A stretch of DNA of 64,000 bases, from sequence record NZ_CP031103.1; one strand, 5' to 3'. Position numbers and translations under genes: made by a program. The stretch comes from a plasmid. Under the pieces are notes generated by a model, which was not told where the DNA came from, did no database searches, and saw only the letters and a list, made by a program, of their open reading frames with translations. The stretch's first letter is position 1. Each line of letters starts with the position of its first letter. This document shows positions 8,587 through 18,920 of this stretch, one piece after another.

Positions 8587-8601
8587 GGTAATGACTCCAA
8601 C

Positions 8602-9105
8602 TTATTGATAGTGTTTTATGTTCAGATAATGCCCGATGACTTTGTCATGCAGCTCCACCGATTTTGAGAACGACAGCGACTTCCGTCCCAGCCGTGCCAG
8701 GTGCTGCCTCAGATTCAGGTTATGCCGCTCAATTCGCTGCGTATATCGCTTGCTGATTACGTGCAGCTTTCCCTTCAGGCGGGATTCATACAGCGGCCAG
8801 CCATCCGTCATCCATATCACCACGTCAAAGGGTGACAGCAGGCTCATAAGACGCCCCAGCGTCGCCATAGTGCGTTCACCGAATACGTGCGCAACAACCG
8901 TCTTCCGGAGCCTGTCATACGCGTAAAACAGCCAGCGCTGGCGCGATTTAGCCCCGACGTAGCCCCACTGTTCGTCCATTTCCGCGCAGACGATGACGTC
9001 ACTGCCCGGCTGTATGCGCGAGGTTACCGACTGCGGCCTGAGTTTTTTAAGTGACGTAAAATCGTGTTGAGGCCAACGCCCATAATGCGGGCGGTTGCCC
9101 GGCAT
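8602..9105 (-). CDS. insB: IS1 InsB
   Basis: 167 aa. Confidence 0.9.
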   Translation of the reverse strand: MPGNRPHYGRWPQHDFTSLKKLRPQSVTSRIQPGSDVIVCAEMDEQWGYVGAKSRQRWLFYAYDRLRKTVVAHVFGERTMATLGRLMSLLSPFDVVIWMTDGWPLYESRLKGKLHVISKRYTQRIERHNLNLRQHLARLGRKSLSFSKSVELHDKVIGHYLNIKHYQ

Positions 9106-9299
9106 CCAACGCCATTCATGGCAATATCAATGATTTTCTGGTGCGTACCGGGTTGAGAGGCGGTGTAAGTGAACTGTAGCTGCCATGTTTTACGGCAGTG
9201 AGAGCAGAGATAGCGCTGATGTCCGGCGGTGCTTTTGCCGTTACGCACCACCCCGTCAGTAGCTGAACAGGAGGGACAGCTGATAGAAACAGAAGCCAC
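9024..9299 (-). CDS. insA: IS1 InsA
   Basis: 91 aa. Confidence 0.9.
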   Translation of the reverse strand: MASVSISCPSCSATDGVVRNGKSTAGHQRYLCSHCRKTWQLQFTYTASQPGTHQKIIDIAMNGVGCRATARIMGVGLNTILRHLKNSGRSR

Positions 9300-9354
9300 T
9301 GGAGCACCTCAAAAACACCATCATACACTAAATCAGTAAGTTGGCAGCATCACC

Positions 9355-9627
9355 CGAGTTTTTGGTGCATTCAAAGCTGTTCACCATGAACAGATCGACA
9401 ATGTAACAGTTGAACAGCATGTAACACCTAATAGAACAGGTGAAACCAGTAAAACAAAGCAACTAGCACATGAAATTGAACACCTGAGACAACTTGTTAC
9501 AGCTCAACAGTCACACATAGACAGCCTGAAACAGGCGATGCTGCTTATTGAATCAAAGCTGCCGACAACACGGGAGCCAGTGACGCCTCCCGTGGGGAAA
9601 AAATCATGGCAATTCTGGAAGAAATAG
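9355..9627 (+). pseudogene. C-terminal fragment (~90 codons) of a gene cut by IS1 copy 2
   Basis: The open frame directly abuts the IS1 end: ...FGAFKAVHHEQIDNVTVEQHV...SHIDSLKQAMLLIESKLPTTREPVTPPVGKKSWQFWKK*. It is out of frame with the lipoprotein fragment on the other side of the IS. Confidence 0.3.
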
Positions 9628-9862
9628 CGCTTTCAGCCGGCAAACCGGCTGAAGCCGGATCTGCGATTCTGATAACAAACTAGCAACACCAGAACAGCCC
9701 GTTTGCGGGCAGCAAAACCCGTACTTTTGGACGTTCCGGCGGGTTTTTGTGGCGAGTGGTGTTCGGGCGGTGCGCGCAAGATCGATTATGTTAAAAACGA
9801 CAGGATTCATGAAAATTATCAGAATTGTGCAGGATGGGAAAACCATCCTGCACACCCATTGA

Positions 9863-12800
9863 TTAGATATCTAATTTAGGGAGGTTATTGACAATTTTCT
9901 GAGTTTCCAGACTGACAGTGATAACTCGTAGGAACAGCTCTAATGGGTATCTAGGGTTATCCATTGTTTCTATTGCCCAGTCATTAGCATCGTTCACAAT
10001 ACCGCTATCTTTATGGGTAGAGACACCTTGCCGCTCCATCACCCATTCAAGCGCAGGTTTTCCATTCACAATGTAGTCATAGGCTTCAATTGGAATGTTT
10101 TTTATGCGAATTTTACTGTTATAAATGACCGTGTCTTTTTCACCTTTTTTGGCAAATTTCATCTTCTCAACATAGAAATCGTCTTTACTCAACTGTGAGT
10201 AACTCAAAGAACCTGTGTCGATATCAGCTTTGTAGGGTTCAACTGTTTCATATTTTAAATGCAATTCAGCCAACTCACGACCAAAATTGGAAAAAATCAA
10301 AAAGTCATCAAATTTTTTAACACATGGAATGCGAGGTAATTCCTTAGTTAAATTATCAGCATATCTAAACCGATACTCCTCTGAGTGCAAAAGACCATAA
10401 ATATAATAAAAAATATCTTCTTTTTTTATTATATTAGCTCCAGAGTAAAAATCATTGAATAACTTCAGGCAGTCATCAGTTATCGCATCAAACCTTTCCA
10501 CATCATCAGACAATTGTTTTTTACTATACAAGTACAATGGAAAGCATTGAGCACCAGCATCCATTGAATTTAAATCAAATATACAATTTGATATTATTGC
10601 TGAAAACCCTTTCTTACCACCAAGCCCCGTGATACAGATAATTACATTATCAGATTCATTACTCGGGAAGATCTGTGGCATTTGATAAACACAGTTATTG
10701 AAGTGTCTATTGAAGTACATATGTTGTTTTGTGAAAGGCCTGTATAGTGATACTCTGAAATCATCATTTGAAATATCATGATAATATCCCTTGGATACAT
10801 CATTGAAAACTTCCCTTGTCCAACTCATTCTTTTTGAGTCTAATATAACAAAATCCTTTGGCTCATCAGTACCATTATATTTGCTATATCTTTCGACCTC
10901 TTCATTGTAGAAATGAATCATCCTTGATATATTTTTTTTAAGAGATGAAAGAGAATATTGATAGCACCAAGCATCTCTATTGGTTTTAACTCCATTGGAG
11001 TAGTTTTCAAAAACAAAAAAAGCACTTTTATTTTTTTTACTACCTAATTCAATAAAATCATTGAAGCTATCATCTCGCTGATTCAGCCAATCGTTGTAGG
11101 CATCTGGTGTGATTTTCTGCCAGCCATGCGTTTTCTCAATACCGTCAATACTGCCAAAATCGGAAATCGTCTCCAGCTTTTCTTCTTTTGTCAGGTAATC
11201 ACCAATATCATGAAAATAAATCTGACCCGTCTGTGTTGCTACCGGATTTTTTACCAGAATAGCAATCACAATCGGCGTTCTTGTTCCCTGACCAAAAACG
11301 TTATCTTTTTCTTTGCGGCGAACCTCTCCTGACGTTCTAGCATTCCCTCTCAGATGGAAAAAATACAGGCTACTGAACTCTTCCGCCAGACACTTACGAA
11401 GTCCATCAGCCGAGTTAGAGTCGATATACCCGCCATTCGTGACAAATCCTATAACACCTTGTTCACCGATACGATCACTCGCCCAGCGTATTGCACGTAT
11501 ATATGAATCATAAAGCGAACTTTTCAATGTTGCAGTTGTGTATTTTGCATAGGTTAATTCAATTCTTTTATCTAGAAGAGGATATTTTACATTAGCATTA
11601 TTATCATTCCCTACACTTTGGCCTGACGAGTAAGGAGGGTTACCGATAATCACCCGAATATCCAGAGCCTTCTGCCGTTTACGACGCTCACTGTTATCGA
11701 CCAATACCGCACTGACCAGATCATCCTTCTCATACATTTCAAAGGTGTCAGTCAGACAAATCCCTTCAAACGGCGTGTACTCTGATTCTTCCGTGATGCC
11801 GTGATACACCGCCTCAATATTAATAGCGGCAATGTAATAGGCTAACAGGACGATTTCGTTGGCATGGATTTCATTTTTAAACTTGTAAGCCAGTTTATCT
11901 GACGGGATCAGACCACTTTGCAGCAGACGGGTGATAAACGTACCGGTGCCGGTGAACGGGTCAAGAATATGCACACCTTTGTCGGCGAGTGTTTGTCCGA
12001 ACTCCTGTTTCAGCACGTCATTCACGCTGTGAATAATAAAATCAACCACCTCAACAGGCGTATACACAATGCCCAGACGCTCCGTCATTCTCGGGAACGC
12101 ATTTCTGAAAAACTTATCGTACAACTGTACGATAATCTGCTGCTTACCTTCTGCGGTGGTAATGCCGTCCGCACGCATTTTTACCGACTCATAGAAGCTG
12201 TTCAGCGTGCTGGCTTCTTTTTCGAGATGATGCTCCTGCAACGTGTTAAGCACGTTCTGCATCGCCATACTCATCGGGTTATGGTCGGTAAAATTGTAAT
12301 CCGCAAACAGGGCATCAAAAACCGGCTTGGTTATCAGGTGCTGAGCCAGCATTTCAATGATTTCATCATCGGAAACACTGTTATTCAGGTCATCACGCAG
12401 TTCATCTGCAAATGCCCTGAAGGCACTGATTTCTATTTTATTCCCCGGATTTTCGAGAATGCCGTGAATGCGGTCGATATGTGTGCGGGCAATTTTAGCA
12501 ATATCGTTCGCCCAGTCTTCCCAGTGATGCCGGTTACCGCATTTTTTAACGATTTTTGCGTACAGGGCGCGCTCAATCTCACCAACGGAAAATTCAATAT
12601 CAAACTGCTCAGGAGCGGGACTCACGGCTGAACCAATGCCACTGCTTTTACGCGCTTTTCCTGCTATCTCAGATTTTTTCGTCTGCCGTTTGGTTTTCTT
12701 CACCACTTTATCGGCTACCGCGATCACTTCCATTCTGCCGGTATCTTTACCGTTAAACTCCAGCTTGTTGATCATGGCATCAAAGCGGTCATCATGCGCC

Positions 12801-14752
12801 CTGAGTGCATTCAGCACCTGCCAGACAACACGGTAAGCCTGATTATTGTTCAACGCATTCTCCGGCTCTTCTCCGGCGGGAATGACAACCGGCAGAATGA
12901 CGTAGCCCAGCTCCTTACCTTCAGCACGCCGCATCACACGTCCGACAGACTGCACCACATCCACCTGAGAGCTTCTCGGCGTTAAAAACAACACCGCATC
13001 CAGAGAAGGCACATCCACGCCTTCAGATAAACAACGGACGTTAGACAATATCCGGCAGACATTTTCATCCGTGTCCGCTTTCAGCCATTCAATTTTGGAT
13101 TTTTTCTCAGTGGCATTCATGCTGCCGTCAACGTGCTTCACCTGACACTGAAGTTTTAATGATGGGTCAATCGCCTTATCCGGTGCGGTTTCCCTGAGAA
13201 GTTCGATCTCGGATGCCTGATAAGCCTCAACCACTGCTCCGAACATTTCCGTGATCAGTTTAGAACTGACCTTATGCGTCTTTCCGCGAAAGTCTTTTTC
13301 TATCACCTGACAGAACGCAACAGCCCGTTTCATCGCATCAGGGTGAACGCCATCTGCCCCCGCCAGTCCCTGCTTTGCCAGTGCTTTCCAGCAACCCACA
13401 ATCTTTGCCGCATCATCGACTTTGAGCTGATTATTTTCATCCTTCAGCAGAGACTGAATGCGGCGGCTGACATGCTTTTCTTCCACGGCAAGCACAATAA
13501 CTTTGTAATCACACAAAATGCCCAACTGGACGGCTTTAGAGAAGGTAATGACATACAAATCATCCCCATAAAGACTTTTGTCATCCATTGAGCATAGGGT
13601 AACTCCCTCAGTCTCTTTCGCATCATCTCCAAAAATTCGTGGGGTCGCGGTCATGTACAGGCGTTTTTGACCGGCAATATAGGCATTGTCGTGAATACGA
13701 ACAAAGGCAGACTCATCATCCCCTTCAAAGGTGGCACCCGTTGTACGGTGGGCTTCATCACAAATGATGAAATCAAACGCAGGAAAACCCAGCTTTTGCG
13801 CCTGATGGATAACCTCAACAGAGTGGTAGGTAGAAAACACCACGTTCATATAAGGCGGCTTATCACTGCCGAAAATATCCGGCTGATTAAACGCTTTGAC
13901 GAGGCTGTTCGCATTCGTGGTCGCCGGATATTTCAGGTCGCTGATACCAACAACGACATTGTCATCATGGTTTTTCTTACCCACATCACTGTCAGAGCAG
14001 ACAGCAAAACAGCGCAGGTCTATCAGCGTATCCTGTGTCCATTCATCCAGCGTCTGACTCAACAATGCCAGACTGGGCACAAGGAACAGTACGGTTTTAC
14101 CTCTTCCGGCAACGGCTTCAGCAATACGCAGAGAGGTGAAGGTTTTTCCTGTGCCGCACGCCATAATGAGCTTGCCCCGATCGGCAGTCGCCAGCCCTCT
14201 TTTAACGGCTTCAAGCGCGGGAGTCTGATGAGGCCGGAGTTGCTTTTTGGCTTTCATCACCGGCTTGTATGCCGGATCAAAATCGAATTGTGACCAGTCC
14301 AGTGCACTTTGTTCAAGGTCTGTCAGGCTTAACGCAGTGACAGGAACGGCCTTGTCACGCAGCATGTTTTTGGCTTCTTCCGTCCAGTTGTCCGTAGAGG
14401 CAACGATATAGCGAAGCGTAAAATACGTTTTATCGGAGGCAGCCAGAAAACTATCAATATCCTTTTTGGCGATTTTAGTCTGATTGTAGTTTTTGCACTG
14501 GATAGCATGAAACTCCCCCGTTTTGGTTACGGCGACCAAATCAATGCCATCATCTTTTTTCTTCGTGATCCCAACGGTTTCACCGTACTGAGAAACCCAT
14601 CCGCCATAGCTCAGCACGTCACTGTACAGCTCGGCATATTTAGGTTCATGGAGGAAATACTGCACACAAAGGTTTTCAAAGGTTGTACCTTTGTCCCGCT
14701 GTGTTGGTGAAGCCTGTTCAATTTTTGTCAGCAATGCAGAAAGTGCATTCAT
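9863..14752 (-). CDS. Type ISP restriction-modification enzyme (single polypeptide, LlaGI/LlaBIII-like)
   Basis: 1629 aa. Mrr-like PD-(D/E)xK motifs (DDGIDLVAV...EFHAIQCKNY). SF2 motor with Walker A MACGTGKT and DEAH ICDEAHR. Gamma-type N6-adenine methyltransferase motifs DPFTGTGTF and NPPYS. C-terminal target-recognition domain. Lower GC than its surroundings. Confidence 0.8.
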   Translation of the reverse strand: MNALSALLTKIEQASPTQRDKGTTFENLCVQYFLHEPKYAELYSDVLSYGGWVSQYGETVGITKKKDDGIDLVAVTKTGEFHAIQCKNYNQTKIAKKDIDSFLAASDKTYFTLRYIVASTDNWTEEAKNMLRDKAVPVTALSLTDLEQSALDWSQFDFDPAYKPVMKAKKQLRPHQTPALEAVKRGLATADRGKLIMACGTGKTFTSLRIAEAVAGRGKTVLFLVPSLALLSQTLDEWTQDTLIDLRCFAVCSDSDVGKKNHDDNVVVGISDLKYPATTNANSLVKAFNQPDIFGSDKPPYMNVVFSTYHSVEVIHQAQKLGFPAFDFIICDEAHRTTGATFEGDDESAFVRIHDNAYIAGQKRLYMTATPRIFGDDAKETEGVTLCSMDDKSLYGDDLYVITFSKAVQLGILCDYKVIVLAVEEKHVSRRIQSLLKDENNQLKVDDAAKIVGCWKALAKQGLAGADGVHPDAMKRAVAFCQVIEKDFRGKTHKVSSKLITEMFGAVVEAYQASEIELLRETAPDKAIDPSLKLQCQVKHVDGSMNATEKKSKIEWLKADTDENVCRILSNVRCLSEGVDVPSLDAVLFLTPRSSQVDVVQSVGRVMRRAEGKELGYVILPVVIPAGEEPENALNNNQAYRVVWQVLNALRAHDDRFDAMINKLEFNGKDTGRMEVIAVADKVVKKTKRQTKKSEIAGKARKSSGIGSAVSPAPEQFDIEFSVGEIERALYAKIVKKCGNRHHWEDWANDIAKIARTHIDRIHGILENPGNKIEISAFRAFADELRDDLNNSVSDDEIIEMLAQHLITKPVFDALFADYNFTDHNPMSMAMQNVLNTLQEHHLEKEASTLNSFYESVKMRADGITTAEGKQQIIVQLYDKFFRNAFPRMTERLGIVYTPVEVVDFIIHSVNDVLKQEFGQTLADKGVHILDPFTGTGTFITRLLQSGLIPSDKLAYKFKNEIHANEIVLLAYYIAAINIEAVYHGITEESEYTPFEGICLTDTFEMYEKDDLVSAVLVDNSERRKRQKALDIRVIIGNPPYSSGQSVGNDNNANVKYPLLDKRIELTYAKYTTATLKSSLYDSYIRAIRWASDRIGEQGVIGFVTNGGYIDSNSADGLRKCLAEEFSSLYFFHLRGNARTSGEVRRKEKDNVFGQGTRTPIVIAILVKNPVATQTGQIYFHDIGDYLTKEEKLETISDFGSIDGIEKTHGWQKITPDAYNDWLNQRDDSFNDFIELGSKKNKSAFFVFENYSNGVKTNRDAWCYQYSLSSLKKNISRMIHFYNEEVERYSKYNGTDEPKDFVILDSKRMSWTREVFNDVSKGYYHDISNDDFRVSLYRPFTKQHMYFNRHFNNCVYQMPQIFPSNESDNVIICITGLGGKKGFSAIISNCIFDLNSMDAGAQCFPLYLYSKKQLSDDVERFDAITDDCLKLFNDFYSGANIIKKEDIFYYIYGLLHSEEYRFRYADNLTKELPRIPCVKKFDDFLIFSNFGRELAELHLKYETVEPYKADIDTGSLSYSQLSKDDFYVEKMKFAKKGEKDTVIYNSKIRIKNIPIEAYDYIVNGKPALEWVMERQGVSTHKDSGIVNDANDWAIETMDNPRYPLELFLRVITVSLETQKIVNNLPKLDI

Positions 14753-15093
14753 CGTTGATATCCTTAATGTCCTTTATTTGCTGGGGTTATCAGATCCCCC
14801 CGACACGTTTAATTAATGCTTTCTCCGCCGGAGATCGACGCACAGCGTTCTGTGCTCTATGATGTTATTTCTTAATAATCATCCAGGTATTCTCTTTATC
14901 CCCTTTATCACCATACGTAGTGCGAGTGTCCACCTTAACGCAGGGCTTTCCGTCACAGCGCGATATGTCAGCCAGCGGGGCTTTCTTTTGCCAGACCGCT
15001 TCCATCCTCTGCATTTGGGGTTTGAGGAGTAACGGAACAGTAAACGCCGTTAAGAAGTCAATTTAAATAGCCATTAATATACTAATCAATAAA

Positions 15094-15652
15094 TTACCCC
15101 TCTTCATTGAAAACTCTCAGCTCCCCCTTACTGACGGATTCCGGCACTGTAAATGAATAGCGGGACTCCTTGTATTTGATGCCCAGCATCTTGATAGCCA
15201 CCATCACCAGCGACAGGTGCTCCGGATCTTTCATGGCAAGCCGGGCCATTTCGGCATCGGTCGCCAGCGCCTGGAAGCCCATCGAGAAGACCTCTGTTCT
15301 AGTTGTGCCCTCAATGCCCAGTTCGCCGTAGACCTTGCCCACATAACCGGTTCGGCGCGTTTATCGGTGTGCCGTAAGGCAGGTTGACAGTCGTGGCCAG
15401 TTTGTTGGTGACTTTCACTTTGCCGACGAGGGGTCCGGCCCGGTTCACGACGGGAGGACGGCAGATCGGGAAGGTCACTGGCGCGGGTGGTTCGACCCAC
15501 GCCCAGGCGGCTGCTACGCGCGCGCTCAGGACCCGACTGGCGGCTCTTTCTGCGCGGGCCGGTTTCCCTGTCTGCAGTACGGCCAAACGGTCTCTTACCC
15601 CTGCCTTTGGTACCCTTCCGGCCCTTACGGCCACGCTTATCCCCCCTTTCAC
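15094..15652 (-). pseudogene. Frameshifted ORF remnants in a GC-rich decayed segment
   Basis: ORFs 15311..15652 and 15094..15342 join into ...VKVTNKLATTVNLPYGTPINAPNR/YVGKVYGELGIEGTTRTEVFSMGFQALATDAEMARLAMKDPEHLSLVMVAIKMLGIKYKE... only with a +1 shift near 15345-15360. Confidence 0.35.
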
Positions 15653-16424
15653 CGATCCAGTCCTTCACCTTGTCACCGACCACATCGGTCAGGCTGCGCG
15701 GCTTCGTTTTGGACGAATCAATCAGCGCGTCCAGACGGTCGATCACCTCGCTGTGCTGCTCTTTGCTCTGCGCATCCTCCTTACGGCGGATCGCGTCCAG
15801 GCGGGCGCTTTCGGTTTGCTCCTGGTTTTTCTTCTCCCCGATCCCGATGGTGCTGGCGGGCTTCGGTTCGGCGTTGGCCGCATTCGCTGGTGTGGCTGGT
15901 GGCGTGTCCGGCGTGGCATCACCCGCGCCCGGTTCGCTCCCGGCCTGTCCGCCAAACGGCCGCTTGAGCGCGCCCCATAGCTTCAGCGCCTTATCTTTGG
16001 CGTAGGCTTTAGCGCGCTTCGTACTGCTGATATCACGCTCGGAAAGCGCTTCCTTGACCTCATCCGCCATACCTTTGGCTTCTTTGGCGGCCATCCAGAA
16101 AGAACTTCCCACGGCCACGCCTGCAGTATCTGCCGCCTCGGTTCCGGCCAGTTGGTTTCCATCCTTGCCACCCAGCAGACCTACCGCCCGTTTCAGCAGT
16201 GACGATGAGCCACCAGCTGATGACTCCTCATCGTCGTCGCCGCGACTGGAGCTGCGGTTAAAGCGGCGGATCTCCACCTTGTTGGCAAAGCGGCCGTCAT
16301 CACCCAAATAAAATCCGTTGGCGCGGTTGCCATTCCGTGGTGGTGAATCGGCGACAGTGCGTGCGGGTTTTGGTGTCGCGGGTGCAGCCTCATCGGTCAG
16401 GTGGAGTGCATCGGTCCTTGGCAC
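15231..16424 (-). pseudogene. Frameshifted ORF: low-complexity, charged, Ala/Gly/Lys-rich protein
   Basis: 397-aa frame. Codon usage is good to about ...KGRGKRPF and then degenerates. It merges by frameshift into the 15311..15652 frame. Confidence 0.3.
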
Positions 16425-16474
16425 ATCGCCCCGTAAATCAGCAGCAATACACGGGACTCGTCACGCAGCTGAGC

Positions 16475-16696
16475 CTAGTCGATTTCATATACCGCCTTAC
16501 CGTTGTCGCCCGGGTAATACAGACCGCCCATTGCCGTCAGCGCGCGGTAACGCTCCATGGCCAGCGCGAGAACCGGCCGATCGTCAGCTGTCTTGTCATC
16601 GAGGCGCACGCGGTAACCCAGACCGGTCATCAGCCCCGTCGGGTCCTCAATCATGATCGTGGCATCGAACGCGCCTGACGCGTTACGCACCGCCAT
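16475..16696 (-). CDS. Hypothetical 73-aa protein
   Basis: Strong third-position GC codon bias. ATG lies 4 nt after the stop of the upstream small ORF. Confidence 0.4.
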   Translation of the reverse strand: MAVRNASGAFDATIMIEDPTGLMTGLGYRVRLDDKTADDRPVLALAMERYRALTAMGGLYYPGDNGKAVYEID

Positions 16697-16699
16697 AGC

Positions 16700-16858
16700 T
16701 TACAGACGCTCGCGGATCTTCACAATCGAGCCTGGTAGTGGTGTCAGGGCGATAACGTGAAGGGCGTTGGTGGTGAGCGTACCGGTCAGCATGACAGGTG
16801 CCTGCCGGGTGGCCAGTGAGACGGCCACTACGTTAATGGGCGCAGATGTTGATTGACT
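16700..16858 (-). CDS. Hypothetical small ORF (TTG start, AAGGGG ribosome-binding site), preceded by a leader hairpin
   Basis: MSQSTSAPINVVAVSLATRQAPVMLTGTLTTNALHVIALTPLPGSIVKIRERL. The sequence is low in complexity, so the gene is doubtful. Confidence 0.2.
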   Translation of the reverse strand, partial: SQSTSAPINVVAVSLATRQAPVMLTGTLTTNALHVIALTPLPGSIVKIRERL

Positions 16859-17251
16859 CAAAGTTTGCCCCTTAAAAAAAGAGCGCCCGAAGGCGCCTAA
16901 ACCGTTACCGTTAATGAGTCGAAAATAGAACGGAATTACTACAACAGAGGTGACGGCTCCTATCGTCTTTCGGGCCGTCAAAATCAATGTTACACAACAA
17001 GGTTAGGATGTGTAAATTGCCAATAACCCCAGTTTGTGACACCGCGCACGCATGAAGGGCGGGGCGCCTCGCAGCCATGTCGGGCTGGTGGCCAGCGCCG
17101 CGAACCGAACACAACACGGAAAAAGCATTGTATTTGCTCGCGTCATCCTCTACGAATTCCTTGCTTCTTGATGCGGACCTGCTGCAAAGCAGGACACCGG
17201 CTCAATTACGACCCCCTGGCCTCGGCCGGGGGTTTTCGTTTCTACGGCCGG

Positions 17252-17892
17252 TTACGCCGTCTTATCAGCCTCACCACCCTGACGTTTCTTCGCCGCGCGG
17301 CTGCGTGATTTCCGCGGGACTTCTGTCGGTTTCTCCTCCGCATTATCTGCCTCCACGGGCGGCGCCGGTTGTGCCACTTCAGGCTCCACTACCGCCGGGT
17401 TCGGGTTACCTGCTGCGAGTGTAGCCATCCGCTGGGCGATAAATTGATGGCGGTCATAGTCCGCAATGTCCTTCATGCGACCCAGCGTAGCGTTGAGATT
17501 GCCGTTGCGGGACATATGGACACAGCCCAGCATCCCATCAGCATTTCATTCACTGGCGTCTGGTCAACACGGACTTCGCCGATCGAACGGGCGACGGCAT
17601 CGAGCACAACTTCGAAGTGATCCGGGCTGAGACGGAAGATAGCCACCATCAGGCTGGAAATGGCGTTTGCTACACCAACAGAGAGGGGATCACGGCCGTG
17701 GGACTTGTCAGCCACCGCGTTATTGACGCAGTGCTGCAGGAAGTTGCCTGCCATCGCGCTGCGCAGGACCTCTGACGGGTCTGCCTCTTCCATGGCCTGG
17801 GCCGATTCTGGCAGTGGATTCGGGTCCTGTGGTGGCAATGGCTGCAGGTCGGTTTCAGCAATGACTTCTGGCTGAGTTAATTCTTGCATGAT
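17252..17892 (-). pseudogene. Frameshifted gene: acidic N-terminus, basic C-terminus
   Basis: ORFs 17473..17928 (probable start MQELTQPEVIAETDL at about 17892) and 17252..17533 overlap and need a frameshift near 17520 to fuse. An intrinsic terminator-like hairpin follows at 17200-17235. Confidence 0.35.
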
Positions 17893-18041
17893 TATTCCTT
17901 TCGGGGCTGGGTTATTTACACTACACAATTATGATCTGCGTCTTAGGATGTTTTGTGCAGCATATCTGTCTGTAAGTCCTGAGCAAGGGGCCTTTTGTCT
18001 TTAAGCGTTAATGGCCACCAGCTCATACACTCGGAGAGCGC

Positions 18042-18920
18042 ATGATCCTGACCCAACCGAAAAAGACCGCTGTGCTGTACCACAACGACGCCGACGGCTT
18101 CGCGTCAGCCCTTGCCGCCTGGCTTAGATACGGCGAGGAGGCCCATTACATCCCGGTTCGCTACGGTGAGCCGGTACCGCCGCTGCCGAACGGTACCCTC
18201 GAGGTATTCATCCTTGATTTCAGCTACAACCGCAAGACGTGTGACCATCTGGCCAGCAAGTACCTCCTGCAGGTGATCGATCACCACCAGACCGCGCGTG
18301 ACGAACTGGCCGGGGCCGTGTATGCCATCTTCGACATGAGTCGCGCCGGTTGTGAGCTCGCCTGGGCGTTTTTCCACCCGGATAAGCCGCTGCCGGACCT
18401 GCTGGCCTACGTCGCCGATCGGGATTTGTGGAAATGGGCGCTGCCGAACTCGCAGGAGGTCAACGCCTGGGTGGCCATCCTGCCGCCGACCTTCGAACGC
18501 TGGGCGGAGGTGCTGCGCGACGGCATCGGTGAGCGGGAAATGACGATGGGCTCGGCGTTGCTGGCCAACCAGGAGCGCCAGCTGCACGCCCTGGCCCGAC
18601 AGGCCCGGTTTACCATCTTGTTCGGCAAACCGGCCGCCGTGGTGAACAGTGCGCTGCTGCATTCCGAGCTGGGCCACCTGCTGGCCACTATGCACCCGCA
18701 GCTGGCGCTGGTGGCGGTGTATAACGATCTGCCGGACGGCTCGCGTAAGTATTCCCTGCGTACCCACCGTGACAACCTCGATGTGAGCGCGCTGGCGCGC
18801 CAGTTCGGAGGCGGTGGCCATCGCCGGGCAGCGGGCTTCGTCCTGCCAGCTAACCTGGAGCAGCGGCTCGGCGGCGAACTGGCCACGAACCTGCAGGCGG
18901 CAAAAGGAGTCGAATCATGA
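18042..18920 (+). CDS. DHH/DHHA1 family phosphoesterase (NrnA-like nanoRNase / pAp phosphatase fold)
   Basis: LYHNDADG (DxD motif), VIDHHQT (DHH motif), GGGGHRRAAGF (DHHA1 GGGH motif). 292 aa. Confidence 0.75.
   Translation: MILTQPKKTAVLYHNDADGFASALAAWLRYGEEAHYIPVRYGEPVPPLPNGTLEVFILDFSYNRKTCDHLASKYLLQVIDHHQTARDELAGAVYAIFDMSRAGCELAWAFFHPDKPLPDLLAYVADRDLWKWALPNSQEVNAWVAILPPTFERWAEVLRDGIGEREMTMGSALLANQERQLHALARQARFTILFGKPAAVVNSALLHSELGHLLATMHPQLALVAVYNDLPDGSRKYSLRTHRDNLDVSALARQFGGGGHRRAAGFVLPANLEQRLGGELATNLQAAKGVES

Larger units (their letters stand above)
8587..9354 (-). mobile_element. IS1 copy 2 (768 bp, intact insA/insB)
   Basis: Ends GGTAATGACTCCAACTTATTGATAG...GGCAGCATCACC. insB 8602..9105, insA 9024..9299. 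Confidence 0.9.

Noticed and set aside
9634-9660. agccggcaaaccggct hairpin after the truncated gene fragment
   Set aside because: No T-run follows, so it is only a weak terminator candidate and is not listed as a feature.
11918-12631. 237-aa plus-strand ORF inside the Type ISP gene
   Set aside because: Antisense to a 1629-aa gene with coherent domain motifs, and no independent support.
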